Source: an uncultured Actinomycetota bacterium (GTDB taxonomy: Bacteria; Actinomycetota; Actinomycetes; JAHEKZ01). From it: a stretch of 64,000 nt of DNA. Below the pieces are notes generated by a model. That model ran no database searches, was not told the DNA's origin, and saw nothing but the letters and a program-made list of their open reading frames with translations. The translations under genes were made by a program, and so were the position numbers. How positions within the stretch are numbered: position 1 is the first letter of the stretch; each line of letters opens with the position of its first letter. Shown in pieces: positions 1-10,702 of this stretch. The stretch spans positions 448,001 through 512,000 of the forward strand of contig CAVURN010000001.1 in NCBI GenBank assembly GCA_963743915.1. Direction: 5' to 3'.

Positions 1-342
1 TCGGGGGCCCTGGGGTGGCGGGTGGTCTTCGCCGACGAGTACGAGATCGCCATCGCTGCGCCCGGTGACAACGGTGGGATCCCAGACCTGCTCTTCCTCC
101 GGGTCCCCGATGCCAAACAGATCAAGAACCGGCTCCACCTTGACCTGCGTCCACACGACCGCGACGCCGAGGTGACCCGCCTTGAATCAATGGGTGCATC
201 CCGTGTCGAGATTGGCCAGCAGGGAGACGAGTCGTGGGTCGTGATGGCTGACCCCGAGGGCAACGAGTTCTGCGTGCTGCGAGCGCAGGCGGAAGGAGTT
301 GCCAAGTACGAGGGCGACGTCGGCTTCCCGAGCGGTAGCTAG
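1..342 (+). CDS. VOC/glyoxalase-like family protein (5' truncated by window)
   Basis: Frame is open from base 1 (SGALGWRVVF...). Contains KNRLHLDL and WVVMADPEGNEFCV motifs of the Glyoxalase_6 family. Confidence 0.85.
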   Translation, partial: SGALGWRVVFADEYEIAIAAPGDNGGIPDLLFLRVPDAKQIKNRLHLDLRPHDRDAEVTRLESMGASRVEIGQQGDESWVVMADPEGNEFCVLRAQAEGVAKYEGDVGFPSGS

Positions 343-2765
343 AGGGCGCCCTGGCGCTGCAGGTAGGTGAAGCTCAGCCAGCCCGGAACCATGGGGAGCC
401 AGAACGTGACCGCCCGGAACAGCAGCGCCGACTGCACGGCGGTGCTTCCGTCGAGGCCGGCCGCCGTCAGGCCCGCCGCCAGGGCCGCCTCGACGGCGCC
501 GATGCCTCCCGGCGTCGGAGCGGCTGAGCCCACGGCGCCCGCCGCGAGGTACACGAAGCCGACCGTCGCGTAGGCGAGGTCACCCCCGTAGGCGAAGACG
601 GCCGCGTACAGGGCTGCGGCGTAGGCGAGGTTCAGCAGCAGCGCCCCCCCGAGGCCCATCGCGATGCGCTGCGGCTGCCGGGCCGTCTCGAGCAGGCGGG
701 GCCAGGTGGTCGACAGCACCGGTCGAACCCGCGAGACGACGCTCCGCCGGGCCGCCGGGATGGCGAGCAGCCCTGCCGCAGCCGCGACCGTGCCGGCGAC
801 GACCAGGAGCACGGTGGTGTCGGGGATGAGGTCGGGGCCGGCCTGCTTGCCGGTGAGGATGCCGAAGGCGATCACCAGGATGACGTACGACGCGAAGACG
901 AAGACCTGGGTGGCGCCGACGCTGGCGATCGCCACGGCGGGGGAGGCCCCCGCCTGCTGCAGGTAGCGGCTGTTCGTCCCGATCTGGCCGACAGCGGCGG
1001 GCGCCATGAGCGAGACGAAGGTGGCCGCGAGCTGGGTCATCAGGGTCCGGAACCACCGGAGGGCGACGGGTGCCAGGCTCGTGATGATGACAGCGGCTGC
1101 CACGTACGTGACGGCAGAGAAGACGAGGGCGAGCGCCGCCCAGACGGGGTCGGCCTCCGTCACGATGGAGACCAGGTTCACCGAGGCCAGCTGGCCGAGC
1201 AGGATCGTGACCGCGACCGTGAAGGCGACGAAGGCCACGAGCGTCCGCGGCCGCATGCGCTCCAGCCGCACGGGCTCGGTGGGAGCCGAGGGGAACGCCG
1301 CCACCACCGCGTCACGCAGCTGCTGCAGCATCAGTCGGTTCTGCTTGACCGCCCGGCGGTTGACGCGGCTGAGCGCGATCGTCTGGAGCAGGGGCAGGGC
1401 CTCACCCAGACGCTGTGCGGTGAGCTCCTGCAGCGCCCCGCGGACGGCTCGGTCCGCTCCGACGATGAGCCCGGTGGTGACGAGCAGCTCACCGTCGTCG
1501 ATGCGCAGGGTCATCAGGTCCGCCGCGATCTCACCGTTCTCCAGTCCGAGCAGCCACACCCGACCGTCGGCGTCCAGCGCGAGGTTGCCCGCGTGCAGCT
1601 CCTCGTGCGCGATGCCGGCACGGTGCAGGCGACGCACCTGCTCCCACAGGTCGGCGATGGTGGCGTCGTCGAGCTCGCTCGGATCCATCGTGTCGAAGGT
1701 GTGCAGCCCCGGCACGTGCTCGAAGGCCAGGACCGCGGCATCGGCGGTGACGGAGGCCGCCGCGATCAGGTCAGGAGTGCGGACCCCTTGCCGACGCGCC
1801 GCGAGCACCGGCAGGGCCGCCTGGTCCACCGCGCGTCGCACCGACCACGTGGGAGGACGCTCGACCACGCCCTGCACCCGGACCCGTCGGTAGAGCTGGA
1901 AGATCAGTCCGGCCGAGCGCCGGTCACGATCGATGACCCGGATGTCGAGACTGGCGCCCTCGAGCGTGCGGCCGGTGTAGAGCCGCTCCTCGTCGCTCTC
2001 GCCGACCCACTCCAGGTATGCCAAGGGCACCGCGACGGTGGCCAGCGCCTGGGCGACGTCGGCGCCGGAGGGGCGGGGATTGACGGTGCCCAGGGCATAC
2101 CGGAAGGCGAGCCCGACGGCTCGCCCGCCGCAGGCGCTGACCGCGAGGGCCAACGGGGTGGCGGACCGGTCGAACAGCAGCAGGACGGTGAACCCGAGTG
2201 CGGAGCCCCAGACGGCAGCCGCGAGGCGGGGACGTCCGCGCAATCCGTCCACCGAGGCCAGGGCGACGACTGCCGCAAGCATCGGGAAGGCGATCGGGGT
2301 GCGGTTCCCGCGCGAGCTTCCGGTCGTCAGTGCGTCGAGCAGGGTCGGGGACAGCGCGTCCGGGCCCAGTACCGAGAACGCGTAGGCCAGGAGCCATGCG
2401 GCGACGCCCGCTCCCGCCGCGACTGCGATGGTGCGCCAGCGGCGCCGCCAGGCCAGGTCGGCGAGGATCAGCGGGGGAAGCAGGAGCAGGAGCAGGTTGC
2501 TGGCGAAGGCCAGGATCGTGAGGATCAGGTCCGGCAGCGTCGTGATCGCCGACGCCAGATCCTCCTCCAGCCCGGACGCCGTGCCGAGGGCAACATCTCC
2601 GAGCACGAGCAGCAGGACGGTGGCGGTCGACCACGCTCCGAGTCGCAGCGCGTCGTTGGGGCGCCGGATCCGTCGAGGCTGCTCCGGCTCGACGACGTGT
2701 GCCGGAGGGGTCGGGACCACCGCTGCGCCGTGGATTCCCACGCGCATGTCACCGTCGTCCACCAC
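339..2765 (-). CDS. Integral membrane protein with kinase-like middle domain and C-terminal lysylphosphatidylglycerol synthase TM (flippase-like) domain
   Basis: 808 aa with many TM segments, a GIAH..LH..N kinase-like motif and C-terminal PTPGGIGAVEAAL...LLFR..TFWLP. Confidence 0.85.
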   Translation of the reverse strand: MVDDGDMRVGIHGAAVVPTPPAHVVEPEQPRRIRRPNDALRLGAWSTATVLLLVLGDVALGTASGLEEDLASAITTLPDLILTILAFASNLLLLLLPPLILADLAWRRRWRTIAVAAGAGVAAWLLAYAFSVLGPDALSPTLLDALTTGSSRGNRTPIAFPMLAAVVALASVDGLRGRPRLAAAVWGSALGFTVLLLFDRSATPLALAVSACGGRAVGLAFRYALGTVNPRPSGADVAQALATVAVPLAYLEWVGESDEERLYTGRTLEGASLDIRVIDRDRRSAGLIFQLYRRVRVQGVVERPPTWSVRRAVDQAALPVLAARRQGVRTPDLIAAASVTADAAVLAFEHVPGLHTFDTMDPSELDDATIADLWEQVRRLHRAGIAHEELHAGNLALDADGRVWLLGLENGEIAADLMTLRIDDGELLVTTGLIVGADRAVRGALQELTAQRLGEALPLLQTIALSRVNRRAVKQNRLMLQQLRDAVVAAFPSAPTEPVRLERMRPRTLVAFVAFTVAVTILLGQLASVNLVSIVTEADPVWAALALVFSAVTYVAAAVIITSLAPVALRWFRTLMTQLAATFVSLMAPAAVGQIGTNSRYLQQAGASPAVAIASVGATQVFVFASYVILVIAFGILTGKQAGPDLIPDTTVLLVVAGTVAAAAGLLAIPAARRSVVSRVRPVLSTTWPRLLETARQPQRIAMGLGGALLLNLAYAAALYAAVFAYGGDLAYATVGFVYLAAGAVGSAAPTPGGIGAVEAALAAGLTAAGLDGSTAVQSALLFRAVTFWLPMVPGWLSFTYLQRQGAL

Positions 2766-2851
2766 GCGGTGATCGTCCCACAGGGCCGGGGCGCCGCCCC
2801 GTGCGCCGACCCGTGTCCCACCGGAGCTGCCCGAGCCCTAGGGTGCCGAGA

Positions 2852-3154
2852 GTGGTCGCTGAGAGCCTGCCCACCCCTTACGCCGAGGAGGTCCTCGACC
2901 TTGTCGAGCGGATCCCTCCTGGACAGGTGATGGCCTACTCCGACGTCGCGACGGCACTGGGTCGGGGCGGCCCGCGTCAGGTGGGACAGGCGTTGGCGCG
3001 CTTCGGGTCCGGCGTCCCCTGGTGGCGCGTGCTCAGAGCGGACGGAAGCTGCGCACCCGCGCACGGCGACGAGCAGCGGAGCCGGCTCACGTCGGAGGGT
3101 GTCCCGTTCGTCGGTGACCGGGTCGACCTCGGTCGGGCTCGCTGGCGCCCCTGA
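2852..3154 (+). CDS. MGMT-family alkyltransferase-like DNA-binding protein (Atl)
   Basis: IPPGQVMAYSDVA...PRQVG...VPWWRV (Trp replaces the catalytic Cys). GTG start follows a TAGGGT -10. Confidence 0.85.
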   Translation: MVAESLPTPYAEEVLDLVERIPPGQVMAYSDVATALGRGGPRQVGQALARFGSGVPWWRVLRADGSCAPAHGDEQRSRLTSEGVPFVGDRVDLGRARWRP

Positions 3155-3165
3155 CCGGTCAGACG

Positions 3166-3187
3166 TGTCGGCATCAGGTGATGTGAT
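3166..3187 (+). promoter_or_regulatory. PafBC/RecA-NDp-type DNA-damage promoter of adnAB
   Basis: TGTCGG-N10-TGTGAT, 6 nt before the GTG at 3194. Confidence 0.7.
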
Positions 3188-3193
3188 GCTCCC

Positions 3194-6100
3194 GTGACCG
3201 AGACGTTCCGCCCCGACGAGCACCAGCAGCGCGTCGTCGACCTCGTGGCGACCGCAGGTCACGGCCCGCTGCTCGTCCTGGCCGGCCCCGGTACCGGGAA
3301 GACCACCACGCTCGTCGAGGCCATCGCCGCGCGGGTCGCCGCGGGCACGTCGCCCGAGCGGGTGCTCACCCTCACCTTCAGTCGCCGCGCGGCCGGTGAG
3401 CTGCGCGCCCGCCTGGCGCACCGGCTGCAGCGCACCGTGGGTGCACCGCTCGCCTGGACGTTCCACGGCTTCGGGTTCTCTCTCGTCGGCGAGCTGCTGG
3501 TGCCTGACGACCTCGGCCGCGCACTCCGCCTGCTCTCCGGCCCGGAGCAGGAGGTCGTGGTGCGTGAGCTGCTGGCCCACGACCGTGAGATCGGCCGGGT
3601 CGCGTGGCCGGACCACCTCGCGGCCGCGCTCCGCACGCGGGGCTTCACCGAGCAGGTGCGCACGTTCATGGCCACGGCGCGCTCGCTGGGCCTTGACGCC
3701 GAGAACGTCGCCTCACTCGCCGCCGACCGGGAGGACTGGCGTGCCGCCGCCGCGTTCATGGTCGAGTACCTCGACGTCATGGACAGCCGGGGGCTGCTCG
3801 ACTACTCCGAGCTGATCGTCCGCGCGGTCGCCTACGCCGAGTCCGAGGTCGGACGCGCCCGGCTGCGCGAGCAGTACGACCTCGTGGTCGTCGACGAGTA
3901 CCAGGACACCGACCCGGCGCAGGAGCGTCTGCTGCAGGCCATCGCGGGCGACGGTCGCGACCTGGTGGTCGTCGGCGACCCCGACCAGTCGATCTACGCC
4001 TTTCGTGGGGCGGACGTCCGGGGCATCACCGAGTTTCCCGTGCGGTTCCGCCGTCCCTCCGGGGCGCCCGCCCCGATCCTCACCCTGCGCACGTCCCGAC
4101 GTTGTGCCGACGCCGTGCTGCAGGCGTCGCGCGGCGTCGCGGCCGTCCTCGGTCCCGCCGGCAGCCTGCCGGTCGAGACGCTCCGTCAGCACCGACGCCT
4201 CGTCGCCGTCGAGGGACAGCCCCGCGGCGAGGTCGAGGTGCGACTCGCGCCGACGGTCGAACGTGAGGCCGCCGTCATCGCCGAGACGCTGCGCCGAGAG
4301 CATCTGCACCACGCCACGCCCTGGGGTGAGATGGCGGTTCTCGTCCGGTCGGGAATGACCGAGATCCCGATGTTGCAGCGGGCCCTGGTCGCAGGGGGTG
4401 TCCCGGTCGAGGTGGCCGCCGACGAGCTGCCCCTGCGCGACCACCCGGTGCTCTCACCCCTGTTGACCGTGCTCGAGGTCGTCCTCGACGAGGCTGCGCT
4501 GACCCCCGACGTCGCCCAGCAGCTGCTGCTCTCCCCGCTCGGCGGCGCGAGCCCGTCCGAGCTGCGACGGCTCGGTCGGGCGCTGCGCGACCGGCGCCGC
4601 GCGGCGCCGGACACCGATCCGCCCCCCTCGCAGGTGCTGGTGCGTGACGCCCTCCTCGAGCCCGGGTCTGCTCGACGGCCTTGCGCAGCAGGCGATCCGG
4701 CACGCGAGCTCTCTCGCCTCACTCCTCGCCGCGGCCCGGGTAGCGGCGCGTCAGGGCAGCTCGGCGCACGAGCTGCTCTGGTCGATGTGGGACGACGCCC
4801 CGTGGGCCCACCGTCTCCTGCGAGACGCCGAGGGTGCGGGCCCCGAGGCGGAGGCCGCGCATCGCGCGCTCGACGCGGTGGTGGCGCTCTTCGACCTCGC
4901 GGCGCGCAGCCACGAGCGCAACCCGCGCGGCGACCTCGCCCTCTTCGCCGCCGACGTCCTGGCGCAGGAGGTTCCTGCGGGTCCGACGTTCGACGTCGGT
5001 GTCCCGGGCCGCGGCGTCCGGCTGATGACGGCGCATCGCAGCAAGGGCCTGGAATGGGACGTGGTCGTGGTCTGCGGGCTGCAGGCGGATCGTTGGCCCG
5101 ACCTTCGCCACCGCGGCTCGGTGCTGCAGGCCGACCTGCTCGGCCCGGAGGGCGAACGCCTCCCCACCACTCCGGCCGAGGTGCGGCGGGAGGAGCGGCG
5201 CCTCTTCTACGTGGCCACGACCCGCGCGCGGCGACGGCTGCTCTGCACCGCCGTCGAGGCTCCTTCCGACGACGGCCTGCGCCCGTCCCCGTTCCTCGAC
5301 GACCTCGGCATCCCCGTCGCCCGCGACGACGCCGGAACCGGTCGCCCGCTGACCCTGGCCGGCGTCACCGCCGAGCTGCGGTCGGTCGTCCTCGATGACC
5401 GGCAGAAACCGCAGCTCCGCGCCGCCGCCGCCACGAGGCTCGCCACGCTGGCCACCGCCCGAGGAGCCGACGGGCGGCGGCTCGCGCCGGCAGCGGATCC
5501 CGAACGGTGGTGGGGGCTGGCGGACGTCACCGACGCGGACGTCGGGCCGGCATCCGGACGCGCCCTGCGGCTGTCGGGTTCCCAGGTCGAGACGCTCCTG
5601 CGGTGCCCGCTGCAGTGGTACCTCGCTCGGCGGGTCGGGGCGGAGGCCACCCGCGGCACCGCCGCTGGGTTCGGCGGAGTGGTGCACGCCCTCGCCGACG
5701 CCGTGGCCAGGGGCGAGGTACCCCCCGACATCGACGCCCTCAGCGCCGCGCTCGACGCGGTGTGGGGGCAGCTGCAGTACCCGGCTGCGTGGGAGGCGCA
5801 CCAGGAGCGACAGGCAGCAGTGGCAGCCCTTGCGCGGTTCGTGCAGTGGCACACGGCGGACCGCGGGCGGGAGTACGTCGCGTCCGAGCGCGAGTTCTCC
5901 ACCACGTTCACGGTCGAGGGTCAGACCCTCGAGCTGCGCGGACGGGTCGACCGCCTCGAGCGAGACACCGACGGCAGTCTCGTCGTCGTCGATCTCAAGA
6001 CGATGGCGAAGCCGCCGACCGCGAAGGCGGTTCAGGGGAACCTGCAGCTGGCCACCTATCGTGCGCTCGTCGAACGCGACGACGAGCTCCCCGGAACGGT

Positions 6101-6338
6101 AGGGGCAGCCGAGCTGGTCCAGCTGCGGGCCGGCGCGACCGGGGATGCCTCGGCCCCCAAGGTTCAGCGCCAGGAGGCCACCGAGGAGCTGTCTGCCGAG
6201 CTCGACGACGCCCTCGCGCAGGCGGTCCGCACCATCGCCGCCGGCGCCTTCCGGGCCACCCCGGGTGCTGCCTGCGGGTACTGCCCCTTCACCGCGAGCT
6301 GTCCGGCTCAGCCCTCCGGACAGGCGGTGGTCCCGTGA
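3194..6338 (+). CDS. adnA: AdnA, UvrD-like helicase with PD-(D/E)XK nuclease (one apparent frameshift at ~4665)
   Basis: AGPGTGKT, VVDEYQD, VGDPDQSIY in ORF 3194-; continues in ORF 4644-6338 with TAHRSKGLEW, RGRVDRLE..VDLKT and C-terminal CGYCPF..SC. Confidence 0.85.
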
Positions 6339-9300
6339 CCGCGCCCGTCCTCACCCCGGGATCGCTCGTGCGCCTCTTCGACATCCCCTTCACCGACGAG
6401 CAGCTGGCCGCGATCACGGCGCCGCACGCCCCGGCGGTCGTCATCGCCGGCGCCGGGTCCGGCAAGACCGCCCTGATGGCCGCGCGGGTGGTGTGGCTCG
6501 TGGCGACCGAGGGCGTCACGCCGGATGCGGTCCTCGGGCTCACCTTCACCAACAAGGCCGCAGGCGAGCTGAGCACCCGGGTCCGCAGGGCGTTGCGTCT
6601 GCTGGCCGACGACGGCCACGCACTCGCCGACGGTGAACCCACGGTGAGCACCTACCACGCCTACGCCGCCGCGCTGCTCCGCGAGTACGGCGTCTTCGCC
6701 GGCCACGAGCCGGCGGCGCTCGTGCTCACCGACGCGCAGCGCGTGCAGCTCGCCGAGTCCGTGGTCCGCCGGGCCCCCGGTCCCTTCCCTGCCCTCCGCG
6801 GCAAGGTCACCAGCCTCACCGAGAAGGTCGTGGCACTCGACGCCGAGCTCAACGAGCACCTGGTCGATGCCGACACCCTGGCGGCATTCGACCGCGCCAC
6901 GATCGCGGCGATCGACGAGGTCGAGCACCTCGAGGGGAAGGTCACGGCCGATCCGGCCAAGGCACGCGAGACGGCCCGCGCCCGGTTGGAGCTGCTGCCG
7001 CTGGTCGCCGACTTCCGCCGCGAGAAGCGACGGCGGGACCGGGTGGACTTCGGCGACCAGATGGCCGCGGCGGCCCTGCTCGCCGAGCAGGTGGCCGGCG
7101 TTGCGGAGTCCGAACGTGCGCGATTCGCCACGGTGCTGCTCGACGAGTACCAGGACACCTCGATGGCCCAGCAACGACTGCTCGTCGCGCTCTTCGGCGC
7201 AGGGCACCCGGTGATGGCCGTGGGTGACCCCTTCCAGTCCATCTACGGGTGGCGGGGTGCGTCGGTCCGCAACATCCTGAGCTTCCGGCACGACTTCGCC
7301 GATCCGGACCCGACCCCGGTCTTCTCGCTGGCCCAGAACAACCGTTCCGGGGAACGCATCCTCGACGTCGCCAACGCGGTGGCCGAGCCACTGCGTACCG
7401 ACTTCCCGGACGTCGTGCCGCTGCGCCCTCGGGAAGCCCACCGGGGCCGGGGTGAGGTGGTCGCCGGTCTCTACCTGACGTGCCACGACGAGGTCCAAGC
7501 CGTGTGCGACGACATCGCCGCGCAGGTGCGGGAGGGGCGTCCGCCCGGTGACCTCGCCATCCTCTGCCGTGAGTCGAAGGCTTTCGGCGACTACATCGAG
7601 GCACTCGGGCAGCGGCACATCCCGGTCGAGGTGGTCGGTCTCGCCGGGCTGCTCGACGTGCCCGAGGTCATCGACGTCGTCTCGGTGCTCGAGGTGCTGC
7701 ACGACCCCGGTGCCAACCCGAGCCTGCTGCGCCTGCTCACCGGTCCGCGCTGGCGGATCGGGGCGCACGACCTCGCGCTGCTGGGCGCGCGGGCCGCCGA
7801 GCTCGCCGCACCGCGCGCGTCCGCCGACGTCGTCCCGGAACGTCCCGACCTCGAGGGGCTGCTCCGGGATGCCGTTCAGGGCATCGACCCGGTCGAGGCG
7901 GTCTCACTGCTGGAGGCGCTCGAAGATCCAGGCGCGCGGCCGTACTCCGCGCAGGCCCGGGAGCGCTTCGCCGCGCTCGCGGCCGAGCTGCGCAGCCTGC
8001 GGCCGGGGACGCACGACGCCCCCGACCTCGTCCTCGCGCGGGTCATCGCCGTGACCGGCATCGACGTCGAGCTGGCGACCTCGGGCGCGGGCACGCGCAA
8101 CCTCGAGGCGCTGCTCGAGCAGGCGCGCACGTTCTCCGCGTCCGGGGGCGGCAGCGGACTCGGTCCCTTCCTCGCGTACCTCGGCGTCGCGCGCCGGTAC
8201 GGTGCGGCGTTCGACGTCCCGGCACCGGTCGGCACCGGCGGAGTCGCGCTGCTCACGGTGCACAAGGCCAAGGGGCTGGAGTGGCCGGTCGTCTACGTCC
8301 CGCAGGTGAGCGAAGGCGTGTTCCCCAACCGCCGCACCCGATCGACCCCTCTCACGTCTCCTTCCGTCCTGCCCTACCCGCTCCGCGGGGACGCGGCCGA
8401 CTTCCCTGACGTCCGGACGTGGCAGGGAAACCAGGGCATCGCCGCGTTCAAGCAGGAGGTGTCCGACCGCGAACGGGCCGAGGACCGACGGCTCGCCTAC
8501 GTCGCTCTCACGCGTGCGGCCGACCGCCTCGTCGTCACGGGGCACTGGTGGGGGCCGACGCAGTCCGAGCCGCGTGGTCTCAGTCCGTACCTCGAGGTGG
8601 TAGCCGACTTCTGTCGAACCGGCGGGGGCGTCTTGTCCCGGTGGGAGCCGGCGCCCGACGACGCCGCCACCAGCCCCGTCCTCGCCGTCGACCGCTCGGC
8701 CGACTGGCCGGCATCCGGCGACCCGGCCGCCGCAGCCGCCCGGCGTGAGGCGGCGGAGCTGGTGCGCGCGGCCATCGCCGGTGCGGTTGCCGACCCGGGC
8801 GACGAGCTCGACCCGTTCGCGCGGACCCGGGTCGAGGGATGGGATGCCGACCTCGAGGTGCTGCTCGCCGAGGCCGACCGACCCACAGCGTCCTCGACGG
8901 TGGTCCCGGCCGTGGTGTCGGCGTCGCGCGTCGTCGACCTGCTCCGCGACCCGGAGGTCGTCCGACGGTGGCGGCGTCCCCTGCCCCGGCGTCCCGCCGC
9001 CGCGGCCGCGCGCGGCACCCAGTTCCACGAGTGGGTCGAAGCGCGGTTCGGTCAGGTGCCCCTGCTCGATCTCGACGGGCTGGTGCCGGTCGAGGCTGAC
9101 GGAGCGAGCGACGTCGACAACGACGCCGAGCTGCAGGCGCTGCAACGAGCCTTTGCCGCCGGCCCCTACGCGGACCGTGCCCCGTTGGCGGTCGAGGCAC
9201 CGTTCCAGATGGTGCTCGACGACCAGCTGGTCGTCGGCCGGATCGACGCCGTCTACCGGGCGGACGACCCACACCTACCGACCGGGGTGCAGTACGAGGT

Positions 9301-9517
9301 CGTCGACTGGAAGACCGGGCGGCACGAGGCCGATCCCCTGCAGCTGGCGCTCTACCGGCTCGCCTGGGCGGAGCTGCAGGGGGTTCCGCTGGAGGCAGTC
9401 GCAGCGACCTTCTACTACGTCGCCACCGGTGAGGTCGTGCACCCGACCGACTTGCCGGACCGGGAGGCACTCGCGGTGTGGTGGAAGCGGTCGAAGGCCT
9501 ACGCTCCATCGTCGTGA
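6335..9517 (+). CDS. adnB: AdnB, UvrD-like helicase with nuclease domain
   Basis: AGAGSGKT, LLDEYQDT, TVHKAKGLEW, GRIDAVY..VVDWKTG. GTGA overlap with the adnA stop. Confidence 0.9.
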   Translation: MTAPVLTPGSLVRLFDIPFTDEQLAAITAPHAPAVVIAGAGSGKTALMAARVVWLVATEGVTPDAVLGLTFTNKAAGELSTRVRRALRLLADDGHALADGEPTVSTYHAYAAALLREYGVFAGHEPAALVLTDAQRVQLAESVVRRAPGPFPALRGKVTSLTEKVVALDAELNEHLVDADTLAAFDRATIAAIDEVEHLEGKVTADPAKARETARARLELLPLVADFRREKRRRDRVDFGDQMAAAALLAEQVAGVAESERARFATVLLDEYQDTSMAQQRLLVALFGAGHPVMAVGDPFQSIYGWRGASVRNILSFRHDFADPDPTPVFSLAQNNRSGERILDVANAVAEPLRTDFPDVVPLRPREAHRGRGEVVAGLYLTCHDEVQAVCDDIAAQVREGRPPGDLAILCRESKAFGDYIEALGQRHIPVEVVGLAGLLDVPEVIDVVSVLEVLHDPGANPSLLRLLTGPRWRIGAHDLALLGARAAELAAPRASADVVPERPDLEGLLRDAVQGIDPVEAVSLLEALEDPGARPYSAQARERFAALAAELRSLRPGTHDAPDLVLARVIAVTGIDVELATSGAGTRNLEALLEQARTFSASGGGSGLGPFLAYLGVARRYGAAFDVPAPVGTGGVALLTVHKAKGLEWPVVYVPQVSEGVFPNRRTRSTPLTSPSVLPYPLRGDAADFPDVRTWQGNQGIAAFKQEVSDRERAEDRRLAYVALTRAADRLVVTGHWWGPTQSEPRGLSPYLEVVADFCRTGGGVLSRWEPAPDDAATSPVLAVDRSADWPASGDPAAAAARREAAELVRAAIAGAVADPGDELDPFARTRVEGWDADLEVLLAEADRPTASSTVVPAVVSASRVVDLLRDPEVVRRWRRPLPRRPAAAAARGTQFHEWVEARFGQVPLLDLDGLVPVEADGASDVDNDAELQALQRAFAAGPYADRAPLAVEAPFQMVLDDQLVVGRIDAVYRADDPHLPTGVQYEVVDWKTGRHEADPLQLALYRLAWAELQGVPLEAVAATFYYVATGEVVHPTDLPDREALAVWWKRSKAYAPSS

Positions 9518-10407
9518 CGCCTCAGCTGTCCTTCACCGGCCCTGAGCACGACCGCGCGGCCGACCGGCGAACCGATGACGAGTGGCTCCGCCGGGCATGG
9601 ACGTCGAGCAGCTCGCGGGTGCTCACGGTCGTGGGTGGTGCCGCCGAGGTCTGGTCCGACGAGCTCGCCTGGCGCGACCCCGCCTCGTCACCGCAGGGCG
9701 AGCACTACCTGCTGGGCATCGACGACGACGGATGCGCGCGGTTCGCTGTGCGCCTGGACGACGTCCCTGCTGACGCCGAGGTGAGGGGACTGCGCCAACT
9801 GGCTTCGGTGCTGTCGGCGGACGAGGCCGGGTGGGCCTGTCACGCCGTGGCGCTCTCCCAGTGGCACGCCGCGCACGGCCACTGCTCTCGCTGCGGAGCG
9901 CGCACGGTGGTCACGGCCGGTGGGTCCGAGCGCCGCTGCCCCGAGGACGGTTCGGCCCACTTCCCCCGAGTCGACCCCGCCGTGATCATGCTCGTCACCG
10001 ATGCGCAGGACCGCGCGCTGCTGGGTCGGCACGCCAGCTGGCCGGTCGGGCGCTTCTCGACCCTCGCCGGCTTCGTCGAACCGGGCGAGGCGGCAGAGCA
10101 CGCGGTACGCCGCGAGGTGGCCGAGGAGTCCGGAGTCGTCGTGACCGACGTGCAGCTGCTCGTCACCCAGCCCTGGCCGTTCCCGTCCTCGTTGATGATC
10201 GGTGCCGCGGCGCGCGCGCCGGGGAGCGTCGAGCCGCGTCCGGACGGTGCTGAGCTGGTGGAGGCGCGGTGGTTCAGCCGCGACGAGCTGCACGACGCGG
10301 TCGCCAGCGGTGAGGTGCAGGTCTCGGGCGCCATCTCGATCTCGCGGTGGCTGATCGACCGCTGGTACGGGGGGACCCTCCCCGACGACGGAGCCGGGTG
10401 GCGCTGA
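9514..10407 (+). CDS. nudC: NAD(+)/NADH diphosphatase NudC
   Basis: CSRCG zinc ribbon, FPRVDPAVI, Nudix box GFVEPGE..E.AVRREVAEE, QPWPFPSSLM. Confidence 0.93.
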   Translation: MTPQLSFTGPEHDRAADRRTDDEWLRRAWTSSSSRVLTVVGGAAEVWSDELAWRDPASSPQGEHYLLGIDDDGCARFAVRLDDVPADAEVRGLRQLASVLSADEAGWACHAVALSQWHAAHGHCSRCGARTVVTAGGSERRCPEDGSAHFPRVDPAVIMLVTDAQDRALLGRHASWPVGRFSTLAGFVEPGEAAEHAVRREVAEESGVVVTDVQLLVTQPWPFPSSLMIGAAARAPGSVEPRPDGAELVEARWFSRDELHDAVASGEVQVSGAISISRWLIDRWYGGTLPDDGAGWR

Positions 10408-10417
10408 GGAGCGGGGG

Positions 10418-10684
10418 TCAGCGGCTGCCGTCGAGGCGCGCGAGAACCGCCTCGAGCGGGGGGTTGACCAGGGCGCTGCCGTCGGCGAACTTCACCGTCG
10501 GCACCGTGCGCGCACCGTCGTTCATGGCGGCGATCCATGCACCGGCGTCGGGCTCCTGCTCGACGTCCACCTCGTCGTAGACCACGCCGTGGTCGCTGAG
10601 TCGCTGCTTGAGGCGGGTGCAGGGGCCGCACCACGGAGTGGTGTACAGGGTGAGGGCGGCCCGGGCGGGTGCGGTGTCGGTCAC
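10418..10684 (-). CDS. mrx1: Mycoredoxin / glutaredoxin-like protein
   Basis: LYTTPWCGPCTRLK...N.GARTVPTVKFADGS.LVNP, in its usual position divergent from uvrD2. Confidence 0.88.
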   Translation of the reverse strand: MTDTAPARAALTLYTTPWCGPCTRLKQRLSDHGVVYDEVDVEQEPDAGAWIAAMNDGARTVPTVKFADGSALVNPPLEAVLARLDGSR

Positions 10685-10696
10685 AGGTGCCAGGAT
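10675..10696 (+). promoter_or_regulatory. PafBC/RecA-NDp-type promoter of uvrD2
   Basis: TGTCGG-N10-CAGGAT, 6 nt before the ATG at 10703. Confidence 0.7.
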
Positions 10697-10702
10697 GCCG
10701 GA

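Noticed and set aside
3194-6338. Split adnA or programmed frameshift
   Set aside because: Removing one G in CCCGGGT at ~4665 restores a full-length AdnA, and there is no slippery-site signature. Probably a sequencing error.
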